DNA from: Flavobacteriales bacterium TMED84
Lineage (GTDB): Bacteria; Bacteroidota; Bacteroidia; Flavobacteriales; BACL11
DNA: 64,000 nt
Direction of reading: 5' to 3'
NCBI GenBank assembly: GCA_002172655.2
Contig: NHEL02000012.1
Coordinates: 6,455-70,454 of the forward strand
The notes beneath the pieces were generated by a model. The model saw only the letters and a list, made by a program, of their open reading frames with translations, did not search any database and was not told where the DNA came from. The translations under genes were made by a program, and so were the position numbers. Below, piece by piece: positions 1 to 8,823 of this stretch; the first letter of the stretch is position 1; each line of letters opens with the position of its first letter.

Positions 1-1386
1 GTGACCAGAACAATTTCAGATATCGAAACAATTTCCGATATTTTTTCTCAAGGCTTATTGGTTATAATTGCCGAGCTTCTAAAATTAATTCTAGTTTTAG
101 TGTTCATGTTCTACACTAGCACTAAACTCACAATTGTAACTTTAATTACGATTCCTTTTTTACTTATAGCCACTGCATGGTTCAAAAGAAATATAAAAAG
201 TGCATTTCAAGATGTTAGAACTCAAGTTTCTAAATTAAATGCATTTGTACAGGAAAGAATTATAGGAATGAAAATAGTACAGATATTTAATAAAGAAGCA
301 GCTGAGTATAATAAATTTATAGAAATTAATAAAAAGCATAGAGATGCAAATATTAGATCAATCTTCTATTATGCTGTTTTCTTTCCTATTGTGGAGATTT
401 TATCGGCATTAGCTATTGCACTAGTAATATGGAGTGGTAGTCTAAGCATAATAAATAGTACTGGTGTAACAATTGGTGAATTAGTTGCCTTTATTCTATA
501 TATATACATGATGTTTAGACCAATCAGACAGTTAGCGGATAGATTTAATGTTTTGCAAATGGGTATTGTAGGTTCTGAAAGAGTTTTTAAAATACTAGAT
601 ACAAATCAAAAAATTGCTGATGAAGGAAAAATAAAATTTGATGGCAATAATGGTAATATTAATTTTGAAAATGTTAGCTTTTATTATAAAGATAAGCAGT
701 GGGTATTAAATAATATCAGTTTCTCAATTGAAAATAATAAAACTTTAGCTTTAATTGGACACACAGGCTCTGGAAAAACTTCAATCGCCAACTTAATTTT
801 AAAATTTTATCAAAATCAGAAAGGAAAAATCTCGATTGGTGATAATAACATCCAAACTTATACAATTCAAAGCATAAGAAAGAGTATTTCTTATGTACAA
901 CAAGAAGTGTTTCTTTTTTCTGATACTATATTAAATAATGTAAAAATGTATGATGACACAATTGATAATCATACTGTAGAAAATGCTGCGAGAGAGATAG
1001 GCATACATAATTTTATAAGTTCTTTGCCGAACTCATATGAATATGTTGTTGGAGAAAGAGGGATTACGCTTTCTGTCGGTCAAAGACAATTGATAGCTTT
1101 TTTAAGAGCTTACATTAGAAATCCAAAAATAATAATACTTGATGAAGCTACTTCTTCAATAGATTCAGAAAGTGAGGAGCTGTTACAAGCTGCTCTTAAA
1201 AAAATGTCAATTAATAGAACAATCATTATAATAGCTCATCGACTATCTACAATTACAGGAGCAAATAAAATAATCTTGCTTGACAATGGGAATATTATTG
1301 AGTCTGGAAATCACAAGACCTTAATAGATCAAAAAGGAAAATACTTTGAGATGTATAACAAACAGAAAAATATTGAATTATATTAG
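1..1386 (+). CDS. ABC exporter, fused permease/ATP-binding half-transporter (MsbA/ABCB-like); 5' end cut by window edge
   Basis: ORF open from the window edge. Hydrophobic TM region is followed by an NBD with Walker A GHTGSGKTS, ABC signature LSVGQRQ, Walker B IIILDEATS and H-loop IAHRLS. Confidence 0.9.
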   Translation: MTRTISDIETISDIFSQGLLVIIAELLKLILVLVFMFYTSTKLTIVTLITIPFLLIATAWFKRNIKSAFQDVRTQVSKLNAFVQERIIGMKIVQIFNKEAAEYNKFIEINKKHRDANIRSIFYYAVFFPIVEILSALAIALVIWSGSLSIINSTGVTIGELVAFILYIYMMFRPIRQLADRFNVLQMGIVGSERVFKILDTNQKIADEGKIKFDGNNGNINFENVSFYYKDKQWVLNNISFSIENNKTLALIGHTGSGKTSIANLILKFYQNQKGKISIGDNNIQTYTIQSIRKSISYVQQEVFLFSDTILNNVKMYDDTIDNHTVENAAREIGIHNFISSLPNSYEYVVGERGITLSVGQRQLIAFLRAYIRNPKIIILDEATSSIDSESEELLQAALKKMSINRTIIIIAHRLSTITGANKIILLDNGNIIESGNHKTLIDQKGKYFEMYNKQKNIELY

Positions 1387-1543
1387 ATTTGAATCTTTAG
1401 ATTATTATTCATAATAATTATTATCAATAATAATCCGTAATGTTCACCACGATGGTTAATAGAAAATATTTTATTAGAAAGAGGAGTTACTGAATCAAAT
1501 TATCAATATTTAAATGATTCAGCTCAATTTGTATTAAGATTTA

Positions 1544-2392
1544 TTAGCCACTGTCTTTACTTTCATTTTTTAGTTCATCAAACTTTTTTTGAAGTTCATC
1601 CAGTTTATCAAGTATTTCTTTGTTTTTTAAATTACTTTTTTGTTGTTCTACCTCTTTTGTGATTTCAGCGGAAACAATTCCTGTAGGAAGTGCAATAATT
1701 GCGTAACCTAAAATCATTAATAGTGCTGCAAGAAACCTACCTACAGCAGTAAGTGGAACCACATCTCCATAACCCACAGTGGTAATGGTTACGATTGTCC
1801 AATAAATCGATTTAGGAATGTCCTCAAAGCCATTACTTTGACCTTCAATTATATACATTAGAGTACCAATTACTGTAACTGTTATACTTAAAAAAAGTAG
1901 GAAAACTGTGATCTTTGGTCTTGATGATCTTAAAGCAATCTGCATAGTATTAGCTCCTCTCATGTATCTAGTCAGTCCGTATATTCTAAATATCCTAATT
2001 AGTCTTATTACTCTGATATCAACAAGAACATGAATTGGTGGATAAAAGAAGAATAAGTATGTGGGAACGATTGATAATAAATCAACTATTCCCATGAAAG
2101 AAAAAATATATCTTCTTTTGTTTTTTGCAGTATAAATTCTTAATGCATACTCAATGGTAAACAAAATAGTAAATATCCATTCAATTAAGGTAAAAAGGAT
2201 ACCATAAGAATTTTTTATCTGTTCATTAGAGCTTAGAATGACTCCGATGACTGATATGACTATTGCAATTAGAAGATAAATGTCGAATTGTTTTCCTTCT
2301 TTGGTTTTATAGCCAAAAATCACTTCTCCAATGTACTCTCTGTTTTTTTTCAAATACTCGCGAAGTGTTTCAATTCTCTCTTTTGTACTCAC
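1544..2392 (-). CDS. Voltage-gated (Kv/KvAP-like) 6-TM potassium channel
   Basis: S4-like segment with Arg at every third position (RVIRLIRIFRIYGLTR). K+ selectivity filter TTVGYGD. C-terminal coiled-coil-like tail. GTG start (cac at 2390-2392 on + strand). Confidence 0.85.
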   Translation of the reverse strand: MSTKERIETLREYLKKNREYIGEVIFGYKTKEGKQFDIYLLIAIVISVIGVILSSNEQIKNSYGILFTLIEWIFTILFTIEYALRIYTAKNKRRYIFSFMGIVDLLSIVPTYLFFFYPPIHVLVDIRVIRLIRIFRIYGLTRYMRGANTMQIALRSSRPKITVFLLFLSITVTVIGTLMYIIEGQSNGFEDIPKSIYWTIVTITTVGYGDVVPLTAVGRFLAALLMILGYAIIALPTGIVSAEITKEVEQQKSNLKNKEILDKLDELQKKFDELKNESKDSG

Positions 2393-2413
2393 TTTAAAAT
2401 TCTTATACTATCC

Positions 2414-2421
2414 CAAATTTA
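2414..2421 (-). promoter_or_regulatory. Putative Bacteroidota-type -7 promoter box (TAAATTTG on coding strand) for the K+ channel gene
   Basis: + strand CAAATTTA is the reverse complement of TAnnTTTG and lies 22 nt upstream of the GTG start. No clear -33 TTTG seen. Confidence 0.3.
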
Positions 2422-2477
2422 CAATTCTTATCAAAATATTATTAATATTTGATTAAATCTTTATATTCACACAGATA

Positions 2478-5400
2478 ATGAAACCCAACCTAACTGTCTA
2501 TAAATCCTCTGCTGGTTCTGGAAAAACTTTCACATTATCTATCAATTATATTGCCATTTGCTTATCTAATAAAAGTAAAGATTATTTCAAAAGAATTCTC
2601 GCAATTACATTTACCAACAAGGCAGCAAATGAAATGAAAGATAGAATACTCAATTACTTAAAAAACATTTCAGAAAAATCTGTTGATCAATATATTTTAG
2701 ATGAATTGAAGCTCAGAACTGGACTAAATGAAGAAGAAATATTTGAAAAAGCTTCAATAATTCATTCAAAAATGATTCATAATTATTCTGATTTAAGTAT
2801 AATGACTATTGATAAATTTAATTATCAAATAGTAAGATCTTTTTCTAGAGATTTTGGAATTAGCAATAATTTTGAGATTGAGTTAGATATCGAAAAGATT
2901 ATTGAACCAGCTATCAAAGAATTATTAAATAAAATAGATAGCGAGGAAGGTTTTCTAACAAGAAACTTTATGTCTTTCCTTTTTTATAAACTCAAGTCCA
3001 AAAAAAGTACAGATTTAGTTTCTGAAATTGAAAACTTTACTAAGCAAGTACTTAAAGAAGAGTCATACATCAGTTTTCCAAAAAAAGTTGATAATGATTT
3101 TTTTATTGAGTTGCAAAATAAAATTAAATCGTCTGCTGAAGAAAATAAAAAAAAAATAAGCCAACTTAATAAAAAATCCTCCCAATATCTTCAGCAAAAT
3201 AATATCACTATTGATTATCTTTTAAAGAGACCTAAAATTTATAATTTTTTTGATTCAATGATGCTAGATGATAAGATTTGGTTACAAAAAAATAATATTA
3301 GAATTGAAAATAGAGTTAAATCAGGTGAGATTTTCTCATCTATTGGAAAAAAAATGTTTGATAGCTCAAAAAGAGTATCAATTTCAAAGCAGCTTCAAAT
3401 TTATTATAATGAATATAAGCATTGCATAAAAAAATTAAATACAGATATCATTTTAAATGAAAATATATTCTTGATGAAATTTATAAATGATATTTTATCA
3501 TTTGTTGAAAGGTATTGTGAGAAAAGTAACGTACAACATATTTCAAACTTCAATAAATTAATTAATAAAATAATTGTTAATCAACCATCAGCTTTTATAT
3601 ATGAAAAAATTGGTAGGAGATATAAAAATTTTCTAATTGATGAATTTCAAGATACATCTATTCTTCAATGGCAAAATTTATTACCATTAATCGTTGACTC
3701 TGTTGATCATAATCAAAGTCTAATAGTAGGTGATGCAAAACAGTCAATTTACAGATGGAGATCAAGTGAAGTAAATCAATTTATTGATTTACCTAAACTA
3801 GCGGATATGGAATTAATTTCTACGTCTCATGAATGGGAAAATAAGCTTAAATCACAATATGAAATGATTTTCTTGGAGAATAACTTTCGTTCAAAGAAAA
3901 ATATCATAAAATTTAATAATGATTTCTTTGAAAAAATAAAGCAAAATTGTGGTTTTGAGATTGTCGAAAATATTTATCAAAATTTACATCAAAAAGATTC
4001 ATTTGCTGAAGTAGGAGGTTATGTTAACATAGAGTTACTTGATAATGACGATTTCGATAATGCAATATGTAATAAAATAAGTTCAGAAATATTTGATTTG
4101 GTATCCAAAAATTTAAGTTCGTATAAAGATATTGCAATATTATGCAATAGTAATAAAGATATACAGAGAATAGCTAATCACCTCGTATCAAAAAATATTC
4201 CAATAATTTCTGATGAGGGGCTATTATTGGTTAGGTGTATGCAAGTAAAGTTTATCATAAATTTTATTAAAAACATTCAACTTTCAGATAGTTTTACACG
4301 CTTTTTAGTTTTAAATTATTTGTTTGGTGATGAACTAAACAAACATGATTTAAAAGCTTTATCAATTTCAGCAGAGAGATTTGAAAAAAGAATTATTAGT
4401 ACATATCCAAATTATGATAAAAAACAATTTTTAAGATATTCTATTTACGAAATTGTTGAGAAAATTGTCTTAGATTTTAATCTTAAAAATGATGCTTATG
4501 TTCATCATTTTAAAAATTTTGCTCTTAACTATCAAAATAAGTACTCAAGTAACTTAGACTCATTTATCAAATTTTGGGAAGAAAATAATCATAAAGAAAA
4601 AATACAATCTCCTTCAGATATCAATGCTGTTAATTTATTAACTATTCATAAATCCAAAGGATTGTCATTTAAGAACGTAATTATTCCATTTAATTGGGAC
4701 AGAAATTTGAATAGGAAATTTATATATGCTAATGATTTTAATTATAAATCAGAAATTTTGAGTTTATTATTAAACTACTCCTCAAGCTTAAAGGATAGTT
4801 TGTTTTCTGAAATATATGAAAAGGAAAGAGGACTGAATTTCATGGACAATATTAATAAACTTTATGTTGCTATGACAAGGGCAGTTGATAGACTATATAT
4901 ATACTCTAAAAACCCATCTAAAAGCCAACTTGAAAACAAATTTGAACATTTGCAAAAAGGGTATTTAAACTCTTTTCTTTGTGTTCAAGAATTTAAATAT
5001 CCTTTTGTTTTTGGTGAAAAAGATTTTACTTCAACTGATAAAAAAACGTCGAACTTATCAATAAAGATAAGCACTTACAATAAATTTAAAAACTGGAAAG
5101 ATTTATTAAAGTTTAAGTTAACAGAGAATGATAAAAAAATAATTGATAAAAAAGATTGGGGTACTATATTTCATTTAGCATTATCAAGAATAAGTTCAAT
5201 TGATTTAATTAGTAAAGTTATTAATGACTTGCTTGTTCAAGGCGTTTGTAATAAGTCCGAATCTGTAAAGCTCGAAAAACAAATTAATGAGTTTTTGTTA
5301 CATGATGAAATTAGAAGTTATTTCTTTAACGCTTTTGAAGTGATCAATGAGAAAGAGATACTGCTTAGAGATGGTAGATCGTTCATTCCAGATAAAGTTA

Positions 5401-5567
5401 TTATTAAAGATAATGAGGTTTTGATTATTGATTTTAAAACAGGTGTTGAGAAAGATGATCATTTAAAAAAGATTCAAGAATATTCTGACATTTATAGTTT
5501 ATTGGGATATAGAAACATAAAGACTAAACTCATATATGTTAAAAATTATATATCAGATGAGCAATAA
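2478..5567 (+). CDS. AddA/UvrD-like ATP-dependent helicase with C-terminal PD-(D/E)XK nuclease domain
   Basis: Walker A SAGSGKTF, motif II LIDEFQDTS, motif III VGDAKQSIYRWR. C-terminal nuclease motifs GTIFHLAL and LIIDFKTG. Followed by the partner nuclease gene. Confidence 0.8.
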   Translation: MKPNLTVYKSSAGSGKTFTLSINYIAICLSNKSKDYFKRILAITFTNKAANEMKDRILNYLKNISEKSVDQYILDELKLRTGLNEEEIFEKASIIHSKMIHNYSDLSIMTIDKFNYQIVRSFSRDFGISNNFEIELDIEKIIEPAIKELLNKIDSEEGFLTRNFMSFLFYKLKSKKSTDLVSEIENFTKQVLKEESYISFPKKVDNDFFIELQNKIKSSAEENKKKISQLNKKSSQYLQQNNITIDYLLKRPKIYNFFDSMMLDDKIWLQKNNIRIENRVKSGEIFSSIGKKMFDSSKRVSISKQLQIYYNEYKHCIKKLNTDIILNENIFLMKFINDILSFVERYCEKSNVQHISNFNKLINKIIVNQPSAFIYEKIGRRYKNFLIDEFQDTSILQWQNLLPLIVDSVDHNQSLIVGDAKQSIYRWRSSEVNQFIDLPKLADMELISTSHEWENKLKSQYEMIFLENNFRSKKNIIKFNNDFFEKIKQNCGFEIVENIYQNLHQKDSFAEVGGYVNIELLDNDDFDNAICNKISSEIFDLVSKNLSSYKDIAILCNSNKDIQRIANHLVSKNIPIISDEGLLLVRCMQVKFIINFIKNIQLSDSFTRFLVLNYLFGDELNKHDLKALSISAERFEKRIISTYPNYDKKQFLRYSIYEIVEKIVLDFNLKNDAYVHHFKNFALNYQNKYSSNLDSFIKFWEENNHKEKIQSPSDINAVNLLTIHKSKGLSFKNVIIPFNWDRNLNRKFIYANDFNYKSEILSLLLNYSSSLKDSLFSEIYEKERGLNFMDNINKLYVAMTRAVDRLYIYSKNPSKSQLENKFEHLQKGYLNSFLCVQEFKYPFVFGEKDFTSTDKKTSNLSIKISTYNKFKNWKDLLKFKLTENDKKIIDKKDWGTIFHLALSRISSIDLISKVINDLLVQGVCNKSESVKLEKQINEFLLHDEIRSYFFNAFEVINEKEILLRDGRSFIPDKVIIKDNEVLIIDFKTGVEKDDHLKKIQEYSDIYSLLGYRNIKTKLIYVKNYISDEQ

Positions 5568-8262
5568 GTTTTTATCATTAATAGCCGATGAGGTACTAAA
5601 AAAAATAATTCTTAAAAAAAGAAATGTTGCCATTGTTTTGCCCTCCAAAAGATCAATACAGCATTTAAAAAAAGAGATTTCTAAGAAATTAGATAACCCA
5701 ATTTTTCTTCCAAGAATACTAACTATAGAACAGTTCATAATTGAAATAGCCAATATTGAAGTTATAGATAACTTGTGTACTCTTACTGAGTTTTTTAAGA
5801 TATTTAGTAAAGCTGATGATAAGAAGAAATTTGATGAATTTTATGACTGGGCACAGATTTTATTAAATGATTTCAATGATGTTGATTTGGGATGTGTTGA
5901 TTCATCAAAAATTTTTAGAAGTCTATTAGAAATTAAGGAGCTAGAAAGTTGGACCAATGAAGAATGGAGTTTCAATAATGATCATCTAACCGCCGAACAA
6001 GAAAATTATTTAACTTTTTATTCAAATTTTAAAAAGTGGTACGATGAATTATATCAAAGCTTGATTTCTAAAAATAAAGCATATAAGGGTATGGCATATA
6101 GAATTGCATCAGAGAAAATTTTTAATTATCAATCAGAATATGAAAAAATTTGGTTTATTGGCTTGAACGCCTTAACTCAGTCAGAAGAAAAAATAATTGA
6201 TAATTTAAAAAATAGAGACATAGCAAGAGTATATTGGGATACCGATAAATATTATTTTGAAAATATTGATCATGAAGCTGGAGATTTTCTAAGAAAACAA
6301 AAAAGAAAATGGAGTGATATAGATTTTAAAGGAGTTAGTGAAAATATGTCCATAGAAAAAGATGAGTTCAATATAATTTCTTGCTCTGATTCAATAGGTC
6401 AGGCCAATGCAGTTTATAACATATTATCTAGCATACCAGAGAATGAAATAGGTAGTGGAGAGTCAATAATTATATTGCCTGACGAATCAAAATTGCTTTC
6501 GGTGATTCATCATTTACCAAAAAATATTAGCGAATTAAATGTCACTCTTGGATATCCTCTCAAGTCATCTCAAATTATTGATTATGTAATTTCTTTTTTG
6601 AAGCTTAATTCAGTCAAATCAAATTCTAAAAGTTTCTACTATGTTGATTTATTAAATATTTTAAATAGTAGCCTGACAAGAAAAATTATTGATAACAAAA
6701 AGATAGACAAATTAATAAAAAAAATAAATAATGAGAATCTAGTAAACATTGCCCCTGAGACAATTACAGAACTAAATACAAATCATAATTTATTTACCAA
6801 AAAATATTCTAATGTAAATGAGCTAGTGCCTCAAATTGTTAATTTATTAAGTAAATTCTTAGAAATTGAGAAAAATGTTTTTCAACGTGAAATTTTTATT
6901 AAAGTTATTGATGTTTTAGTTCAACTTCAATACCTATTTGATGGTATTGAAATTACCATCGAATCGTTTTTAAAATTGTATACTAGAGAATCATCAAAAT
7001 TAAGTGTAACGTTCACAGGAAACTCCATGAGTGGACTACAAGTTATGGGAATTCTTGAATCCAGAGTTTTAGACTTTAAAAATGTAATTTTTATTGATTT
7101 AAATGAAGGAATTCTTCCTAAAAACCAAACAAGCATTAGCTTTATACCATATGATCTAAAAATTCATTTTGGTATAAATTATTCAAAACGTAATGAAGCT
7201 ATATTCGCTTATCATTTTTATAGAATTTTACAAAGAGCAAGAAAAGTTAGTTTAATTTATCAAACTAAATCAGATAGTTTCTCATTTGGAGAAAAAAGCA
7301 GATTTATTACTCAACTAGAATCTGAGTATAAATCAACACAAATCAATTATTTCAATTATGAATCTGAACTCTTTTCTAAAGAAAGTATTAATGAAATTGA
7401 AAACAATGGATGCAATGAGCTTATTGATAATTGGTTATTATCTGGAATCTCAGCATCATCAATAACAACATATTTCAGATGTCCTGTATCATTTTATTGC
7501 AAGTATATTCTTGGTATAAAAGAGCCTCAAGAAGTTGAAGAAAGTCTAAACCCAATGACTTTTGGAAATCTTGCTCATAGTATTTTAGAAAAAATATATC
7601 CTCATAAAATTTTAAATGTCAGAGATTTTGAAAAAATGAATGATGGTATTGACTTATTAATAAAAGCTGAAATGTTTAAAATTTTAGGAACAAAGGATCT
7701 AAGAGGTATTAATTATGCAAATTTTAAAATGGCTAAAGAATTAATTACAAAAATGCTTGATTATGATATGAGTTTAGTAAAAAAAGGAGCTAAAATTGAA
7801 ATTATTGATACTGAAAGAAAAATAGATTTTGAGATAAAAACTGCTCACAATAAAATTAAGTTTTTTGCTATCATTGACAGAATTGATCGATTTGAAAAAG
7901 ATCTTAGAATTATTGACTACAAAACAGGTAGGGTAGATCATAAGGAGCTGAACTTTAAATATTTTGATAGTTTTGAGGAAATAAAAAATAGACCCAAAGC
8001 TTTTCAACTTTTATTTTATCTGTTTTTAGCTTCAAATTGTCATGAAATGAAAAATGAAAAAATTATTTCAGCAAATATTTCGTTAAAAGAAATTGATGAT
8101 GGACTAAAGTTTTTAAAACACAATAAAGATATCTTTGAAACAAATGATAATTTTCAAAAAGATTTTTTGAACTTAATAGAAACTATTATCGGCGAAATAC
8201 GTACTAATAATTATAAATCTTGCCAGAGAGAGAGTTGTATATACTGTAAAAACTTATTCTAG
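5557..8262 (+). CDS. AddB-like PD-(D/E)XK nuclease subunit (degenerate helicase-like N-terminus, no Walker A)
   Basis: C-terminal nuclease motifs FGNLAHSILE, RIIDYKTGR and FQLLFY. Four Cys flank the nuclease core (RCPVSFYC ... CQRESCIYC). ATG at 5557 overlaps the upstream stop by 11 nt; an alternative ATG lies at 5536. Confidence 0.75.
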   Translation: MSNKFLSLIADEVLKKIILKKRNVAIVLPSKRSIQHLKKEISKKLDNPIFLPRILTIEQFIIEIANIEVIDNLCTLTEFFKIFSKADDKKKFDEFYDWAQILLNDFNDVDLGCVDSSKIFRSLLEIKELESWTNEEWSFNNDHLTAEQENYLTFYSNFKKWYDELYQSLISKNKAYKGMAYRIASEKIFNYQSEYEKIWFIGLNALTQSEEKIIDNLKNRDIARVYWDTDKYYFENIDHEAGDFLRKQKRKWSDIDFKGVSENMSIEKDEFNIISCSDSIGQANAVYNILSSIPENEIGSGESIIILPDESKLLSVIHHLPKNISELNVTLGYPLKSSQIIDYVISFLKLNSVKSNSKSFYYVDLLNILNSSLTRKIIDNKKIDKLIKKINNENLVNIAPETITELNTNHNLFTKKYSNVNELVPQIVNLLSKFLEIEKNVFQREIFIKVIDVLVQLQYLFDGIEITIESFLKLYTRESSKLSVTFTGNSMSGLQVMGILESRVLDFKNVIFIDLNEGILPKNQTSISFIPYDLKIHFGINYSKRNEAIFAYHFYRILQRARKVSLIYQTKSDSFSFGEKSRFITQLESEYKSTQINYFNYESELFSKESINEIENNGCNELIDNWLLSGISASSITTYFRCPVSFYCKYILGIKEPQEVEESLNPMTFGNLAHSILEKIYPHKILNVRDFEKMNDGIDLLIKAEMFKILGTKDLRGINYANFKMAKELITKMLDYDMSLVKKGAKIEIIDTERKIDFEIKTAHNKIKFFAIIDRIDRFEKDLRIIDYKTGRVDHKELNFKYFDSFEEIKNRPKAFQLLFYLFLASNCHEMKNEKIISANISLKEIDDGLKFLKHNKDIFETNDNFQKDFLNLIETIIGEIRTNNYKSCQRESCIYCKNLF

Positions 8263-8412
8263 ATATGAGAACATTTTTTTCTTTTCTTTTTTCTTTTTTA
8301 CATAAAGTTGATTTGTTTGCCAGAGAGTTTAATGCATCAGAAATAAAAAATTTAGCTTTTTTAGTCATGACAATGGTGAGCTTGAAATAATTCATAGCAT
8401 TAAATAATTTAT

Positions 8413-8823
8413 ATGTCAAAAGTAATTGGAATTGATTATGGAAAGAAAAGAATTGGAATTGCAATATCAGATATTGATCAAAAAATTGCCTTTCCACTAA
8501 TAACAGTTGAGAATAATAAACCCATTGAAATTTTAAAAAAAATTATTGAAAGTGAAAAAGTAGCTTCCATTGTTGTTGGAGTTCCAATTAATCTGGACGG
8601 AAGTAATACTGATGCTACAGAAATGTGTTTTAAATTTCATTTAAAATTAAAAAAAGAATTTCCGAAAATTAACCATTTTGTTGAAGATGAGAGACTAACA
8701 TCTAAACTTGCCAAAAGATTTCTTAATCAATCCCATAAAAAAAAACAAAGAGGAAACAAAAAAAATGTTGATAAGATAAGTGCATCAATTATTTTAGAGA
8801 ATTTTTTGATTGGTCTCAATTAA
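8413..8823 (+). CDS. ruvX: Holliday junction resolvase-like / pre-16S rRNA nuclease RuvX (YqgF)
   Basis: N-terminal IGIDYGKKRIGIAISD. C-terminal D-x-x-SASIILENF motif typical of the YqgF family. Size 136 aa. Confidence 0.88.
   Translation: MSKVIGIDYGKKRIGIAISDIDQKIAFPLITVENNKPIEILKKIIESEKVASIVVGVPINLDGSNTDATEMCFKFHLKLKKEFPKINHFVEDERLTSKLAKRFLNQSHKKKQRGNKKNVDKISASIILENFLIGLN

Noticed and set aside
1490-1522. Inverted repeat CTGAATCA-N17-TGATTCAG between the convergent ABC exporter and K+ channel genes, as a bidirectional terminator.
   Set aside because: The 8-bp stem has a 17-nt loop and no flanking U-tract on either strand. It is too weak to call a terminator. The nearby ATTATTAT-TC-ATAATAAT palindrome (1401-1418) is pure A/T and equally unconvincing.
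2478-8262. The UvrD-like helicase plus PD-(D/E)XK nuclease pair as a phage-defence module (for example Gabija- or Cas4-like).
   Set aside because: Sizes, motif order and pairing fit the housekeeping AddAB/RecBCD-analog system. The flanks are core genes (ruvX, uvrA), and there are no associated methylase, ATPase-sensor or mobile-element genes.
8220-8327. 11-nt direct repeat TTGCCAGAGAG. One copy is in the last codons of the AddB-like gene (8220-8230) and one is in the downstream intergenic region (8317-8327).
   Set aside because: It is only 11 nt with no extended similarity in the flanks. It may be a remnant of a small 3'-end duplication, but it is too short to interpret without comparative data.
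8204-8497. 97-aa minus-strand ORF spanning the addB-ruvX intergenic region, including an internal MTKKAKFFISDALNSL... start at about 8368.
   Set aside because: It overlaps the 3' end of the AddB-like gene and the 5' end of ruvX. The sequence is low-complexity, has no recognisable motif and has no promoter box. It is most likely a chance ORF.
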